IMG/VR virus record: IMGVR_UViG_3300046001_004161
Coordinates: 1 to 57,304 of that record
DNA length: 57,304 nt
Source: a virus
Taxonomy: Duplodnaviria > Caudoviricetes
Strand: one strand, 5' to 3'
In this document: one piece after another, positions 19,173 to 28,848 of the stretch
Position numbering within the stretch: the stretch's first letter is position 1
Layout: each line of letters starts with the position of its first letter
Translations under genes and position numbers: made by a program
Notes under the pieces: generated by a model
Told to the model about the DNA's origin: nothing
The model's database searches: none
What the model saw: the letters and a program-made list of their open reading frames with translations, nothing else

Positions 19173-19822
19173 TATACATCTATCACCATTGGCGGGTTAG
19201 TGTGCATGTATTCCCTGTTACACATTGCGACATTGTAGAATCTGGTGTCGTCTACCTCAGCAGTTCCGTATCCTTCGTGGATGTGACCATTGATCCAAAT
19301 CTTTGGTGGTTTCTGTGAATTAAACTGGAAGTAATTACGGTATTCCGTTGAGCCTGCGTAGTGTCCTCTCATAGTAGTGTCGAGGATTCCATGTACCGGC
19401 ATGTGGCTAACGATGATGTCGTGGTAACCGCAGGCGTCGACATATTCGTACAGCTCATCTCCATCAACATTAAATGCCCACCGCGGCAAATCTGTTACGA
19501 ACGGTAGTCCGAGCAAAGTCATCTTGTTAGGCAGCATAAACGAACGGTAATGTGCGTTTCCTGGCAGTCCGATACACATAACTCCGGCGCTGCGCAGGTT
19601 TTGTAACGCCGGCCCCGGATATACTTGCATGTGGAAATCGTGATTGCCCGGAACATAAATTTTTACTTTGTGCGGCAATGATGCTAGCCATTCAACCCGC
19701 TCCCGCCATTCATCGGGATAACCGTCTTGCATCAAGTCGCCTGCGTGAATAAACACATCACCATCAGGGACAGGCATGGTTGGAACTCTGTGGGTGTCGC
19801 TAGTTGCTACTATTCTCATCAC
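19172..19822 (-). CDS. calcineurin-like metallophosphoesterase
   Basis: SDTH, HAGD, GNHD, GHIHE. Confidence 0.9.
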   Translation of the reverse strand: MMRIVATSDTHRVPTMPVPDGDVFIHAGDLMQDGYPDEWRERVEWLASLPHKVKIYVPGNHDFHMQVYPGPALQNLRSAGVMCIGLPGNAHYRSFMLPNKMTLLGLPFVTDLPRWAFNVDGDELYEYVDACGYHDIIVSHMPVHGILDTTMRGHYAGSTEYRNYFQFNSQKPPKIWINGHIHEGYGTAEVDDTRFYNVAMCNREYMHTNPPMVIDV

Positions 19823-20108
19823 TCAATAACTCCCAGACTATGTTATTTTCTAAGCAATACGCTTGGAACTCTTCGTCCGTCATCCATCCTTCGAAATCGT
19901 CTCTCTGCCACGGTTCTTCTAAAGTACCAAACACCTCTTTAGTAAAAACAGTGCGGCCAATCTTGTTAGGCGAGCAACCGAAACCTCCAGTTGCCCTGTA
20001 CACTAAGTTCTTAAATGTTCGGTACTGAGGTTGCAGGTTTTCTTCGTGCATGACCAAGATCTTACCGTTCAGATCAACGCCAGTTAACGGTCTACACGGA
20101 ATGTTCAC
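19800..20108 (-). CDS. hypothetical protein
   Basis: ATGGFGCSP. Confidence 0.65.
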   Translation of the reverse strand: MNIPCRPLTGVDLNGKILVMHEENLQPQYRTFKNLVYRATGGFGCSPNKIGRTVFTKEVFGTLEEPWQRDDFEGWMTDEEFQAYCLENNIVWELLSDENSSN

Positions 20109-20353
20109 AGTTCAACTTTCAGTTCAGTAGGAGGGTCAATGACCTCGCCGTGTATATCAATTTGCTTGCGCTCATCGAGCGTTGGCATGTTGTCACCGTA
20201 GAAGTGATGCGTTGTGATTACTTCGTCTGACGGTAAGTCGTATTTTACTTCACTAAGCAGGTCATTGACCTTCTCGATGTCGTAATAGTTAGGTAAGCGT
20301 ATTAGGTAAGTCTTCTCTTTATCTTTTTTCTTAGTTGTAAAGACCAGTTTCAT
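20105..20353 (-). CDS. hypothetical protein
   Basis: Tightly packed ORF. Confidence 0.6.
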   Translation of the reverse strand: MKLVFTTKKKDKEKTYLIRLPNYYDIEKVNDLLSEVKYDLPSDEVITTHHFYGDNMPTLDERKQIDIHGEVIDPPTELKVEL

Positions 20354-20549
20354 ATCGTGTTTTAATTTCTAAGTTGATTAATTTAATCGGCCAGTATTTG
20401 CTGCAAACTCTTTCTTCTAACCCCTTTAAGGTTGATTCAATTCTAACAGAGTCCCCTTTCTTCATTGCTGCTATCGGATCTGCTGTGTATCTAAAGCATG
20501 TTTCTTTATTACTGCACTCTTTATCTGCACACAGGTACAAAGCCGACAT
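20331..20549 (-). CDS. small Cys-rich protein
   Basis: C..C...C.RY pattern like the 18228 ORF. Confidence 0.55.
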   Translation of the reverse strand: MSALYLCADKECSNKETCFRYTADPIAAMKKGDSVRIESTLKGLEERVCSKYWPIKLINLEIKTRYETGLYN

Positions 20550-20564
20550 ATGAAATCTCCGAGG

Positions 20565-20840
20565 TTAGGTAATGCTTATCACGCTATCTATTCTGAAGCT
20601 CCGCCAGTCATTAATATCGGTTACGAATACGCGGAGGACATCTGTATTTACCTTCCGCTCTTTTTTCTCGGTGTTTTCACGCATCAAACTAGGTGGAAGC
20701 AAATTGCTCGTAAGCGTACAGGGCATTACCCTGCGCTCACCATTTACTTTCGTAAATTCCACCTGGCATACACCTTTGCTCAGCATCTCAATAAGTGCTA
20801 GCCGTTTTTCGTCGATTGTTTGGTTTACGTTGAATGTCAT
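20565..20840 (-). CDS. WYL-like/SH3-fold phage protein
   Basis: VEFTKVNGERRVMPCTL...WRSFRIDSV. Confidence 0.75.
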   Translation of the reverse strand: MTFNVNQTIDEKRLALIEMLSKGVCQVEFTKVNGERRVMPCTLTSNLLPPSLMRENTEKKERKVNTDVLRVFVTDINDWRSFRIDSVISIT

Positions 20841-20848
20841 ATTAGTCC

Positions 20849-21322
20849 TTAAAGTGAGTCCACGTTCCAAAATTCCACGCTCCACCCTTTGATACGGTGA
20901 GACCGAGTCATATCAGGTACGACATCGTCGATAAGCACCGCACGGGTAAAGTTGTATTGGTTGCAGACGAAGTTAAAAAATGCGTGTTCCTTGCCGCGCA
21001 GTTGAATAAACTCCGACACCTCGTGACCCTTCTCCCACCTGTCACCAGTATGGTCAAAGTCAGCTCGCATCATGTCCTGCACTGACGGCCAAGACATGAC
21101 AGGCAAGCCAAGAGCGTCTTCAATGCGAGGCTTTATGTCGTCGTTAAACCGATGCTTGTCTATTTCGTTCCAGATGGCGAAGCTGAAGATGCGAACCTCG
21201 TCTGCGTTGTTTTGCTCAAGGAACGACCTGATGCGTTGCACGTTAATCAGGTCAGGCGCTTGCCAGGACTCGATTATGGTCTGCTCAAGGTCAATAAAGA
21301 ATAGATTAGGTTTCGCGAACAT
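20849..21322 (-). CDS. HAD-like hypothetical protein
   Basis: FFIDLEQT...VLIDD. Confidence 0.6.
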   Translation of the reverse strand: MFAKPNLFFIDLEQTIIESWQAPDLINVQRIRSFLEQNNADEVRIFSFAIWNEIDKHRFNDDIKPRIEDALGLPVMSWPSVQDMMRADFDHTGDRWEKGHEVSEFIQLRGKEHAFFNFVCNQYNFTRAVLIDDVVPDMTRSHRIKGWSVEFWNVDSL

Positions 21323-21365
21323 AAAAACATTGTAGCATCAATTGCGATGCTTGTCAACCATTACT

Positions 21366-22019
21366 TTACCGCAGGTCTTGGGGCAAATACTGGTAGCTTG
21401 TTATGCTTTGAGCGCCGTATAAGATCACGTTAGATACGTCGGTTCTCGTTGGTGCTATCCTGTTAGGGTATCCAGACAGGTAGGTGCTGTCTTTAAGATA
21501 GACCGCGACAAAATCGTTCCACTTAGCGTCTGCTGGCACCCCGGTCTCTTGCGCGGAGGTATAAGACTCGAGCATTAGTAATTTAGGATTCCCGTTTACT
21601 TGCGACCACCTGGCGAGTGCGTTTCCGGAGTCAGGATAGAAGCGCCAGCAGTCAACTGGGTATCGATGGAACGCTCCGTTAGATGGTGCGTTTAGATAAA
21701 ACACGCCAGACGGTTTTAGGATTCTTATAACTTCTAAGAAGGACATCCAGAAGAACTCCGAATGTTCAAAACACGACGAGCTAACGACAACGTCTGTGCT
21801 GTTGTCATCAAATGGCAGCTTGTATGGGTTAGTGAGGATAACATCTACGCCTTTGCCTGCTGCGAAATCTACACCAACGTATTCCATGTTTGGTGAGCAC
21901 ACACTTTTTAGAGACCCGTTTATATCTTGTGCCCCGATGTCGATTACTTTGCCGCCTGGAAGATGATCAACATACTTTCTGAAAAAGTCGTTGCCGTTTG
22001 TCATTGCTGTTGTGTGCAC
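21366..22019 (-). CDS. class I SAM-dependent methyltransferase
   Basis: VIDIGA, LPFDDNS.DVV, RILKPSG. Confidence 0.85.
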   Translation of the reverse strand: MHTTAMTNGNDFFRKYVDHLPGGKVIDIGAQDINGSLKSVCSPNMEYVGVDFAAGKGVDVILTNPYKLPFDDNSTDVVVSSSCFEHSEFFWMSFLEVIRILKPSGVFYLNAPSNGAFHRYPVDCWRFYPDSGNALARWSQVNGNPKLLMLESYTSAQETGVPADAKWNDFVAVYLKDSTYLSGYPNRIAPTRTDVSNVILYGAQSITSYQYLPQDLR

Positions 22020-22020
22020 G

Positions 22021-22725
22021 TTAATCCTTTACGAAGTTTCCGTTAGGGCCAATGTTTCCTTCAACCCCAATCGTATCTAATTCTACTACCTTTGTCTGAT
22101 CTACTTTTGAGAATAACAAGTGCTCGATATCAATGTATCCGCCCGATTGAATACAATCTACCATTGTATTCCGCATTTCTTTAAACATCTGGGATACGCT
22201 ATGCAACTCTGACGTCGGGAAACTCCAACAGCGACTCATATATTGTTCTGTGACACCGCTAGTTGTCTGTGGGCTAAACTGTGATGTCCTGCGTTTAGCA
22301 AAAACCATCTTGTCTGGGTAAGCGTCGTACGCGTTAGGTAAGAAGTTCTCGTTTAGAAGATAGCGACCAGACACCTTAAAAATTCGATCACAGTTTCCAA
22401 CATATTGCTCAATGAGCGGCAGCGTCTCTCCAAAGCAGAGGATCTCGGTTAAGTTTTTAACTATGTCCCAGTTGTCGCTCGTGTAAATCTCTTTCACAGA
22501 ACCGTCGGCTGAGCAATCTACTACAGCATCAACGCTAGCCTGTAGTATATCTTTCTGCTCTTTAGTTAAAGGCTCGGCCGCCATCTCAACTAAGAAGATG
22601 ACAGGGTCTGGTACCCGTATCCTAATGCTTTTGATTGTGTCGAGAGTTTGTGCCAGGCGTTCTTCAGCTGAGAACACGCCGAACTTTGTGTTAATGGCTG
22701 AGGTTACTATAAACGCAGGTTTCAA
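22021..22725 (-). CDS. glycosyltransferase-like hypothetical protein
   Basis: FIVTSAI, IFKVSGRY, DIEH; next to the methyltransferase. Confidence 0.5.
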   Translation of the reverse strand: MKPAFIVTSAINTKFGVFSAEERLAQTLDTIKSIRIRVPDPVIFLVEMAAEPLTKEQKDILQASVDAVVDCSADGSVKEIYTSDNWDIVKNLTEILCFGETLPLIEQYVGNCDRIFKVSGRYLLNENFLPNAYDAYPDKMVFAKRRTSQFSPQTTSGVTEQYMSRCWSFPTSELHSVSQMFKEMRNTMVDCIQSGGYIDIEHLLFSKVDQTKVVELDTIGVEGNIGPNGNFVKD

Positions 22726-22880
22726 TTTGGTTCGACTTCCGGTTTAGCATCGATGAATTCTTTAATAAACTTAATCGCTTTGCGCGAGGTGTCAAACACG
22801 TATTCTTCGTTGCCGTCTTCAGTGTTAAGCGTACACACGAAGCCGTTCTTTACTTTTCGGATTTCAATGGATTCAAACAT
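22722..22880 (-). CDS. 52-aa protein (MFESIEIRKVKNGF...)
   Basis: Below the ORF-track cutoff; SD GGAGGAG. Confidence 0.65.
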   Translation of the reverse strand: MFESIEIRKVKNGFVCTLNTEDGNEEYVFDTSRKAIKFIKEFIDAKPEVEPN

Positions 22881-22945
22881 AAGGCTACTCCTCCAGGTTA
22901 TGAATTACTATAACACAAAGGAGTAGCCAAGGTCAAGCGGATCGG

Positions 22946-23773
22946 TTAGATGATTTCTAACGCGGTCCCACATTCAACACAGAACTTTGAATGCGCCTTG
23001 TTGTTACGACCGCAAGTTTGACATTTTGGCTTAGCTTTGACCGTAACGGGCACCTTCACAATCTCGCCCTTTGGATCTTCGCCGAGCAAACGAATTACCA
23101 TTACATGCTCTTCGGCTTCAGTCGGAAAACTTGCTACATAACTAAACTTTTGATCCGATACCGAACCTGGCACAGTAATGCCCGCATCTGAGAACGATCG
23201 CATCGGTGACGATACCGCATTAGCCGAAAATACCGACTGTGGCGTTATAGACTTAGACTTAGACTTAGTTGCTGCTGCATCGTTGGTGCAATTTACTGAC
23301 CCGATCATCGATGAACTGCTTCCATAAACCGGACTACCAGGGTAGTTGTAGTAAGGCCAGTGATACGGGTAATGATGGACAGTGTTATGGTAGACATGGT
23401 CAGTTACAACCGTAGTCTTTGGCAGCACTTTTTCATATTGGAAGGACACACGGATAAGACCGTCTTCCGCTTTGATGCCGCGTGGGCCATCTTCAATCTT
23501 TGCTGTGCGTTCGATGAACTTGAAACGGTTGCCTTTGTTCATGTCCTTCACAAAACGCTCGATATCGAGATCGCTATTTGCGTTGACGACAAAACCATCA
23601 GGGCAAACTTGAGTTCCGTCGATTTCTACCTTTACAATAGCACGACGCGAATCAAGATTCTTTACAAATATGCTATACTCTTGGCTGAAGGGGATGTACA
23701 CGACATCTTTAAATTCCCGCAAAACCTTGCCATTAGCTTTAAGGCAGCAAACCATTTTTTGATGATACATCAT
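22946..23773 (-). CDS. zinc-ribbon domain protein
   Basis: C-terminal CQTCG...FCVECG. Confidence 0.75.
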   Translation of the reverse strand: MMYHQKMVCCLKANGKVLREFKDVVYIPFSQEYSIFVKNLDSRRAIVKVEIDGTQVCPDGFVVNANSDLDIERFVKDMNKGNRFKFIERTAKIEDGPRGIKAEDGLIRVSFQYEKVLPKTTVVTDHVYHNTVHHYPYHWPYYNYPGSPVYGSSSSMIGSVNCTNDAAATKSKSKSITPQSVFSANAVSSPMRSFSDAGITVPGSVSDQKFSYVASFPTEAEEHVMVIRLLGEDPKGEIVKVPVTVKAKPKCQTCGRNNKAHSKFCVECGTALEII

Positions 23774-23860
23774 TTGTTTCTCCTTTTACGGTCCACGGAG
23801 TAAGGACCCATTTTATAACTCCGTTGATTTTTGTGTAATGTACCATTACACTACACAAAA

Positions 23861-24337
23861 TTATTTATGTTCTAATAATCTCCTTGCTTTCTTTTCGGCG
23901 TGTAGCTTTACTGCTGCTTGCCTCTTTTCTTCTCGTTCTTCAGGAGTAAAGTTTCCTCTAAGTTTCTGAACACGAACATGTGTTATTTTCTTACCATCAC
24001 GCAAATCTTGATCAATGTTTGAAAAAGTTTTAAAGATCGAGTCTGGACTATTCTCCGCTGGAAAAATTCTAACTGATCCTGGTAATGACTCAAACAGTGC
24101 CATTACTTCTTTCTTAGGAAAGTAAAACCATTCACCATTGATACGGTTTTCTTTGAACTGTTCGTGTAAGGTAGTCTCCATAAGAGAATGATTCTGCGCT
24201 TTCCATATTCCGATAACTTCAATCTTAAACGGTAACAGAATCCCTAAGTTCTGAATCCTTAGCTCAGGAGTCTTCGACTTTCCAATCTTATACCATCGGA
24301 AAGTTGGATTACCAATCAAATATACATAACCAGACAT
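23861..24337 (-). CDS. GIY-YIG (T5orf172/MUG113-like) nuclease
   Basis: GYVYLIG...YKIGKS...GEWF. Confidence 0.85.
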   Translation of the reverse strand: MSGYVYLIGNPTFRWYKIGKSKTPELRIQNLGILLPFKIEVIGIWKAQNHSLMETTLHEQFKENRINGEWFYFPKKEVMALFESLPGSVRIFPAENSPDSIFKTFSNIDQDLRDGKKITHVRVQKLRGNFTPEEREEKRQAAVKLHAEKKARRLLEHK

Positions 24338-24358
24338 ATTACCTTCTATTAGTTATAA

Positions 24359-24447
24359 CAGGATAGATTGGTGGATTCGACCACCTCGCATAAACTTGAA
24401 GTTATCTCTGTTCATCCTTTATCCATTTTGTTGCTGTAACTATCCTA
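24359..24447 (-). ncRNA. UAG-stem/CAGCA module RNA, copy 1 (encloses anticodon-arm and T-arm-like parts)
   Basis: TAGGATAG-TTACAGCAA...CTATCCTG; inner CTTCAAG loop and GGTGG-TCGAAT-CCACC. Confidence 0.65.
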
Positions 24448-24505
24448 AAACTTACTGCCACTACGGGGACAACCCACCACTTAGTGAAAATTAGCACTAA
24501 GACTA

Positions 24506-24781
24506 TTATTCTGCTGCTGGTTCAACTCTTGCTGCGCGGTTCTTATTCGCTTCGTTCCTTGCTGCATTACGCACTTTAGACGCTGCTTCGTGAATCGCAA
24601 TGCCCATCGCTCGCATCCAGGCTTTCTTAAATTCCTTCGTGCGACCTTTCATTAGCGCCGCCTGTGCTTTGATTGCGGTTGGCAGCTTCATTCCTTTTGG
24701 GCACTTCACACGACGTGGCTGCTCTACGCCAGGTTGCTTGTTAATGCTTGTGCTTTGGTCTACAACTGGTTGATCTGTCAT
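24506..24781 (-). CDS. basic hypothetical protein
   Basis: ORF track. Confidence 0.65.
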   Translation of the reverse strand: MTDQPVVDQSTSINKQPGVEQPRRVKCPKGMKLPTAIKAQAALMKGRTKEFKKAWMRAMGIAIHEAASKVRNAARNEANKNRAARVEPAAE

Positions 24782-24857
24782 TTTGGTTCTTTCTTAAAGT
24801 GTTTAATAATAATACTACCTACTAGGTAGACAATCAAGTTATTTGGCTAAATACGGT

Positions 24858-25871
24858 ATGGAAAGGCACATTTCAAAATTCATCATATTCTTAGTAATAC
24901 TCGGTATTATTTCTACTTCTGCCGCCGCGTATACTCTACTAGCAGGATTGACTACGTTTAGTTGGTTACCCTTAATCGTAAGTATCGTTACCTTTATTGC
25001 GCTAGTTTATCCTATCGTAAAATACGCTAGCCCTATGTTATACCATAGAAAAGGAAAAACGCTACGCTTGTTTAATATAGAAGAAGACGTAGTGCCTAAA
25101 TTACTAAATGAGGTTTCCGGTTCACTGGTATTAGGACATTTTGTACTATGGCTACAGCCTAAGAAGAATATTAAGACAGGAGAAATACATTCAGCTGAAT
25201 GTTTAGTACGGTGGGATCATCCCACCAGAGGACTACTTGGTCCAGACCATTTTATTCCAGTATTAGAAAAAGCCGGAGCGATCAATGACCTAACACGATA
25301 CGTCATTAAAGAAGCTACAAGACACTACAAGAAACTAATTGCTGCTAACATTGACATTTCGCTATCTATAAATGTTAGCCCAAATGACATTGTCGACCCT
25401 GCTACTATGACAACTATCATTAAGAGCATTGTAGCTGCGGATATGCTGCCTCATAAGCTAATACTCGAAGTAACCGAAACAGCAATTATGCTTGATCCCG
25501 ACGCATCCTTTAAGGTGTTAGTAGCGTTGGAATCCCTTGGTGTTAAGATTTCCATTGACGACTTTGGGGCTGGACATTCGTCGATGACTTATCTGAAGAA
25601 CTTCCCCATCCACGAAGTTAAGATTGACAAATCGTTTATTACTGAAATAGATTCACGTAAGGATGAATACAACATTGTGCGGACTATTATCGAACTGTCA
25701 CATTCGTTAGGTGCTACTGTAGTAGCCGAAGGGGTAGAAACAGAAAAGATTGCTAACCTCCTTGGACTACTACAATGCGACGACATACAAGGATATCACT
25801 TGTCCAAGCCGATGCAACTAGACAAGTTTATCGAATGGATTAATAACCGTACTTCTTTAGAAAGTCAGTGA
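24858..25871 (+). CDS. membrane-anchored EAL-domain c-di-GMP phosphodiesterase
   Basis: Two TM segments, then QPK, ECLVRW, NVS, EVTE, DDFGAGHSS, KIDKSF, EGVE, QGY. Confidence 0.9.
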   Translation: MERHISKFIIFLVILGIISTSAAAYTLLAGLTTFSWLPLIVSIVTFIALVYPIVKYASPMLYHRKGKTLRLFNIEEDVVPKLLNEVSGSLVLGHFVLWLQPKKNIKTGEIHSAECLVRWDHPTRGLLGPDHFIPVLEKAGAINDLTRYVIKEATRHYKKLIAANIDISLSINVSPNDIVDPATMTTIIKSIVAADMLPHKLILEVTETAIMLDPDASFKVLVALESLGVKISIDDFGAGHSSMTYLKNFPIHEVKIDKSFITEIDSRKDEYNIVRTIIELSHSLGATVVAEGVETEKIANLLGLLQCDDIQGYHLSKPMQLDKFIEWINNRTSLESQ

Positions 25872-27156
25872 ATTCCGGAGCATAGTCGAGTATTGAGTTT
25901 TTTCTTAAACTCTCGTAAGCCATAAGACTTTTAACTAAGTTGCGCCGCTCTTGCTCAACATTATCCGGAACAACAAAGTTAGTCAGCAAGTCAATAAATC
26001 CATACACTGTATTTGACTGAACCTGCTTTAGATTTTTCTTATCTCGTTGGTTTGCAACTACCTCTGCCCTAATCAACCCATTCCTTACTGCAACTGCGTT
26101 TAACTTATCTATTGCAATTTGCCTCAGGTTCGGTGGTAGTAATTCAACCCTTAACCAGGATGGACGATACAGTATGTGACACGTCTCGGCATGCAAGTTG
26201 TTGTCAAGTATAAATTGTATCAGTTCGTCAATGTAGTATATAGTAAAAATATTTGGTGTAATTCGTACCTGTAGCGCAAGTGATGGTGTTGTATCCTTTA
26301 ACTGTTTTACTGCGTTGATAGTTGCCAACACGTCGCCTATCATTGATGGGTACCTGACGTAGTCGTTAAGTGGACCGACCGCCTCTATGCTTAATCCTAA
26401 GTGGAATCCCTTAAACTCTGGTATAATCTTTAGAGCACGTTCTGTTAATATGCTGCAATTGATTGTAGTACCTATTATCATCTGCTTTGCCTTTCCGGTG
26501 CTAATAAGTTGCTCGCAGATGTCAAAGAAGCTATCTAGAATAAAAGGTTCACCTCCTAGTAGTTGCATGTAATCTAAGTTAGGGAACGTTGAGAGCTCGG
26601 AAGCGAATTTCGACAGCAGGTCCTGGTTAGCGGCCCAGTGGTAATCTTCTTTGCCTGGAAGTTCGATTAGCTCTGGGATTATCTTGTGTAGCTTGACGTG
26701 ATCTGCTTTAACTCGAGAGCTAGACTTAGGAACACACATTATACAAGAAGCGTTGCAAGTGTTCTCAAGATCAACCTGTAAGTCTATCGGTGTCTCTAAT
26801 GTGTGCCCGTCATTGGCATCGCTGTATTCGAACATGTTAATATGCGGGCTTGCAGTAAAGTCGCTGTCTGGAGAATCTAGCTTACTCCGGAACAATTGCA
26901 TTTTTCTTCCGCTCAAGTTGTTGTTTGCATCCTCATAGTGACAATTGCTGCAAAAGTCAACGGTCCTCCCTTCGAGAAGGTCTTTTCGTAGTGCTCGCAT
27001 TTCGTCAGAGTTAAAGTATTCTGCTATACTAGTGGTTCGTATGTTGTACTTCGGATCTGTCACTTTGCCCCATCGGCATTGTTTAAACCCACCGTCAGTA
27101 GCTATTTTGACATGGAGCCAGGGGCTTGAGCAAAAGGTATTCTTATCAGGGGTCAT
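25840..27156 (-). CDS. radical SAM protein with N-terminal SPASM/twitch-like Cys
   Basis: CNASCIMC, GGEP. Confidence 0.85.
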   Translation of the reverse strand: MTPDKNTFCSSPWLHVKIATDGGFKQCRWGKVTDPKYNIRTTSIAEYFNSDEMRALRKDLLEGRTVDFCSNCHYEDANNNLSGRKMQLFRSKLDSPDSDFTASPHINMFEYSDANDGHTLETPIDLQVDLENTCNASCIMCVPKSSSRVKADHVKLHKIIPELIELPGKEDYHWAANQDLLSKFASELSTFPNLDYMQLLGGEPFILDSFFDICEQLISTGKAKQMIIGTTINCSILTERALKIIPEFKGFHLGLSIEAVGPLNDYVRYPSMIGDVLATINAVKQLKDTTPSLALQVRITPNIFTIYYIDELIQFILDNNLHAETCHILYRPSWLRVELLPPNLRQIAIDKLNAVAVRNGLIRAEVVANQRDKKNLKQVQSNTVYGFIDLLTNFVVPDNVEQERRNLVKSLMAYESLRKNSILDYAPEFTDFLKKYGY

Positions 27157-27172
27157 CCGTTATTTATAGATC

Positions 27173-27844
27173 TTACCAAAGTAAGTCAATATTTCCTTTC
27201 AAATATTTGTCAGCTGGCGCACGTTTTCCGGTTAGATGATCTGTAACTGTGTTATCCTGGAATCGGATTGTCCTAATTTTGTCACCGCGCATGCCTGATC
27301 CAACCTGTGTTTTTCGAAGGTCTGCGGTCTTACCGTAATGCTCAGACTCGGCTCGCGATTGAACCCTGGACACAATCTCCTGCTTTGCTTGCTCAAGGCT
27401 ATTCTGTCGGCTACGACATTGCGCCGTGACAACTGTGCCAGATGGAACATGAGTTAGTCTACAACTGTTTTGATGCTTGTTTCTGTATTGGCCACCGCAC
27501 CCTGTTCCGCTGTACCATTCGATCCTAAGGTCAGAATCGTTGACAGAGAACTGTACCTGCGTTGGGTCAATGACTGCGACTGTTACTGTGGAAGTATGAA
27601 CGCGACCTTTACGTTCTGTAGGAGGGACACGTTGTATCCTGTGTCCGCCGGGCTCATTGTCGAGATGACTTAGGTCTGCTGCTTGAACCTCAATGTGTAT
27701 CTCGCCTAACCTTGAGGAGATTAGACGGTGAATTCAGCCAAGGCGACTGAACATTTTTTGATATGCTGCTGCTAAATCCTCGACGAAGAGCTTTGCGTCT
27801 TCGCCACCTTCTGCTGCCCGGATCTCTAAGATTCTTTTTTGCAT
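27173..27844 (-). CDS. peptide chain release factor 1-like protein (no domain 1) with in-frame TGA at codon 37
   Basis: MQKRILEIRAAEGGEDA...FSRLG*IHRL...GGHRIQRVPPTERKGRVHTS...GCGGQYRNK...KIRTIRF; one frame, TGA at 27734-27736. Confidence 0.9.
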
Positions 27845-27858
27845 TTTATTTTCCTCAA

Positions 27859-28185
27859 TTATTCGTAACATGTTGCTCTCTCCTTAGTTGGGTCTTTCCG
27901 TTTTACTCTCTTCTTGTGCTGCAATGCGCTCCACTTCAGCGCAAACATAAACGCCATGTCTTCTTCTACGATGAAGATAGCCCAGCAATCCTTGTAAGGC
28001 TTCCACAATGTTTTATCGTCGCAAGGTTCGTTCCAATGACCGTAGTGCTCAATGTCGGCGTCGATTTCCATTCCCCACAGCAGAATCTCGTCAACCCAAT
28101 CCTGATAAGGTCTGCGAGAATAACTTGCATGCCAGGTATTGGCGCTGTTATGCAGGTGTCTAGGGATACGGACTCGTAGTTTCAT
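27859..28185 (-). CDS. hypothetical protein (start probably MKLRVR)
   Basis: EEDMAFMFALKW motif. Confidence 0.55.
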   Translation of the reverse strand: MKLRVRIPRHLHNSANTWHASYSRRPYQDWVDEILLWGMEIDADIEHYGHWNEPCDDKTLWKPYKDCWAIFIVEEDMAFMFALKWSALQHKKRVKRKDPTKERATCYE

Positions 28186-28373
28186 TGTTCCCAGTAAATG
28201 AGTTCTTGATGCTCGCACTTAGTGCACTTGAACAGATCCCAGCGCCCGTAATGTGCAGAGTGGTCAAATTTCATTTGGTGCTCACATTCAACTTTAGTAT
28301 CAGGTTCGTCCATCATTCGGTCGAGGCTTTCGCCGAATGTGCTGCGGTTGTTATACTCTGGTCCAAAACTCAT
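28182..28373 (-). CDS. small Cys/His protein
   Basis: Tightly packed ORF. Confidence 0.55.
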   Translation of the reverse strand: MSFGPEYNNRSTFGESLDRMMDEPDTKVECEHQMKFDHSAHYGRWDLFKCTKCEHQELIYWEQ

Positions 28374-28799
28374 TATAGCGCGTCCTTTAAGGAGAGATAC
28401 ATTTCGTTGTACTTCTTCATCCTAGTAATATCTTTGTCGGTAATACCTTTTAGTCTGCGGATATCGCTGTTGTGACGAAGGGCTGCAAGCTTGACGGCAA
28501 TTGCGTCTTTGCTTGTTTTGATGCCGTCTACGTATTCCTGATGTGACTGGCCTTTTACTTTTGTAAGCAGGCGGAGCGTTTCGACAATCCGGGGAGTGAA
28601 TCCCATTGCGTACAAATCAGCAAAGGTAACATCGCTGTCTTCTACTACGTCATGCAATACAGCAATAGCCATCAGTTCCAAATCGTCGGACTTGAGATAA
28701 TGCATCACCTTCAGCGGGTGAAGGCATTCCGCCTTTATCATATTGTCCCATATGTTTTTCGGATGCTAGGGCAATTGCTTTTGCTAGAAGGTGTTTCAT
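28373..28799 (-). pseudogene. frameshifted RelA/SpoT-type HD (ppGpp hydrolase-like) gene
   Basis: MKHLLAKAIALASEKHMGQYDKGGM, then a frameshift into LHPLKVM...LHDVVED...KLAALRHN (Asp replaced by Ala). Confidence 0.75.
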
Positions 28800-28848
28800 T
28801 TGTGTTCCCTTTTTGATTATCAAAAAGCCCAGAAGTCAACCGAGCTAT

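Noticed and set aside
27703-27736. Selenocysteine insertion at the RF UGA
   Set aside because: The position corresponds to Trp, not Cys, and no tRNA-Sec or selB is seen in the window; not fully excluded.
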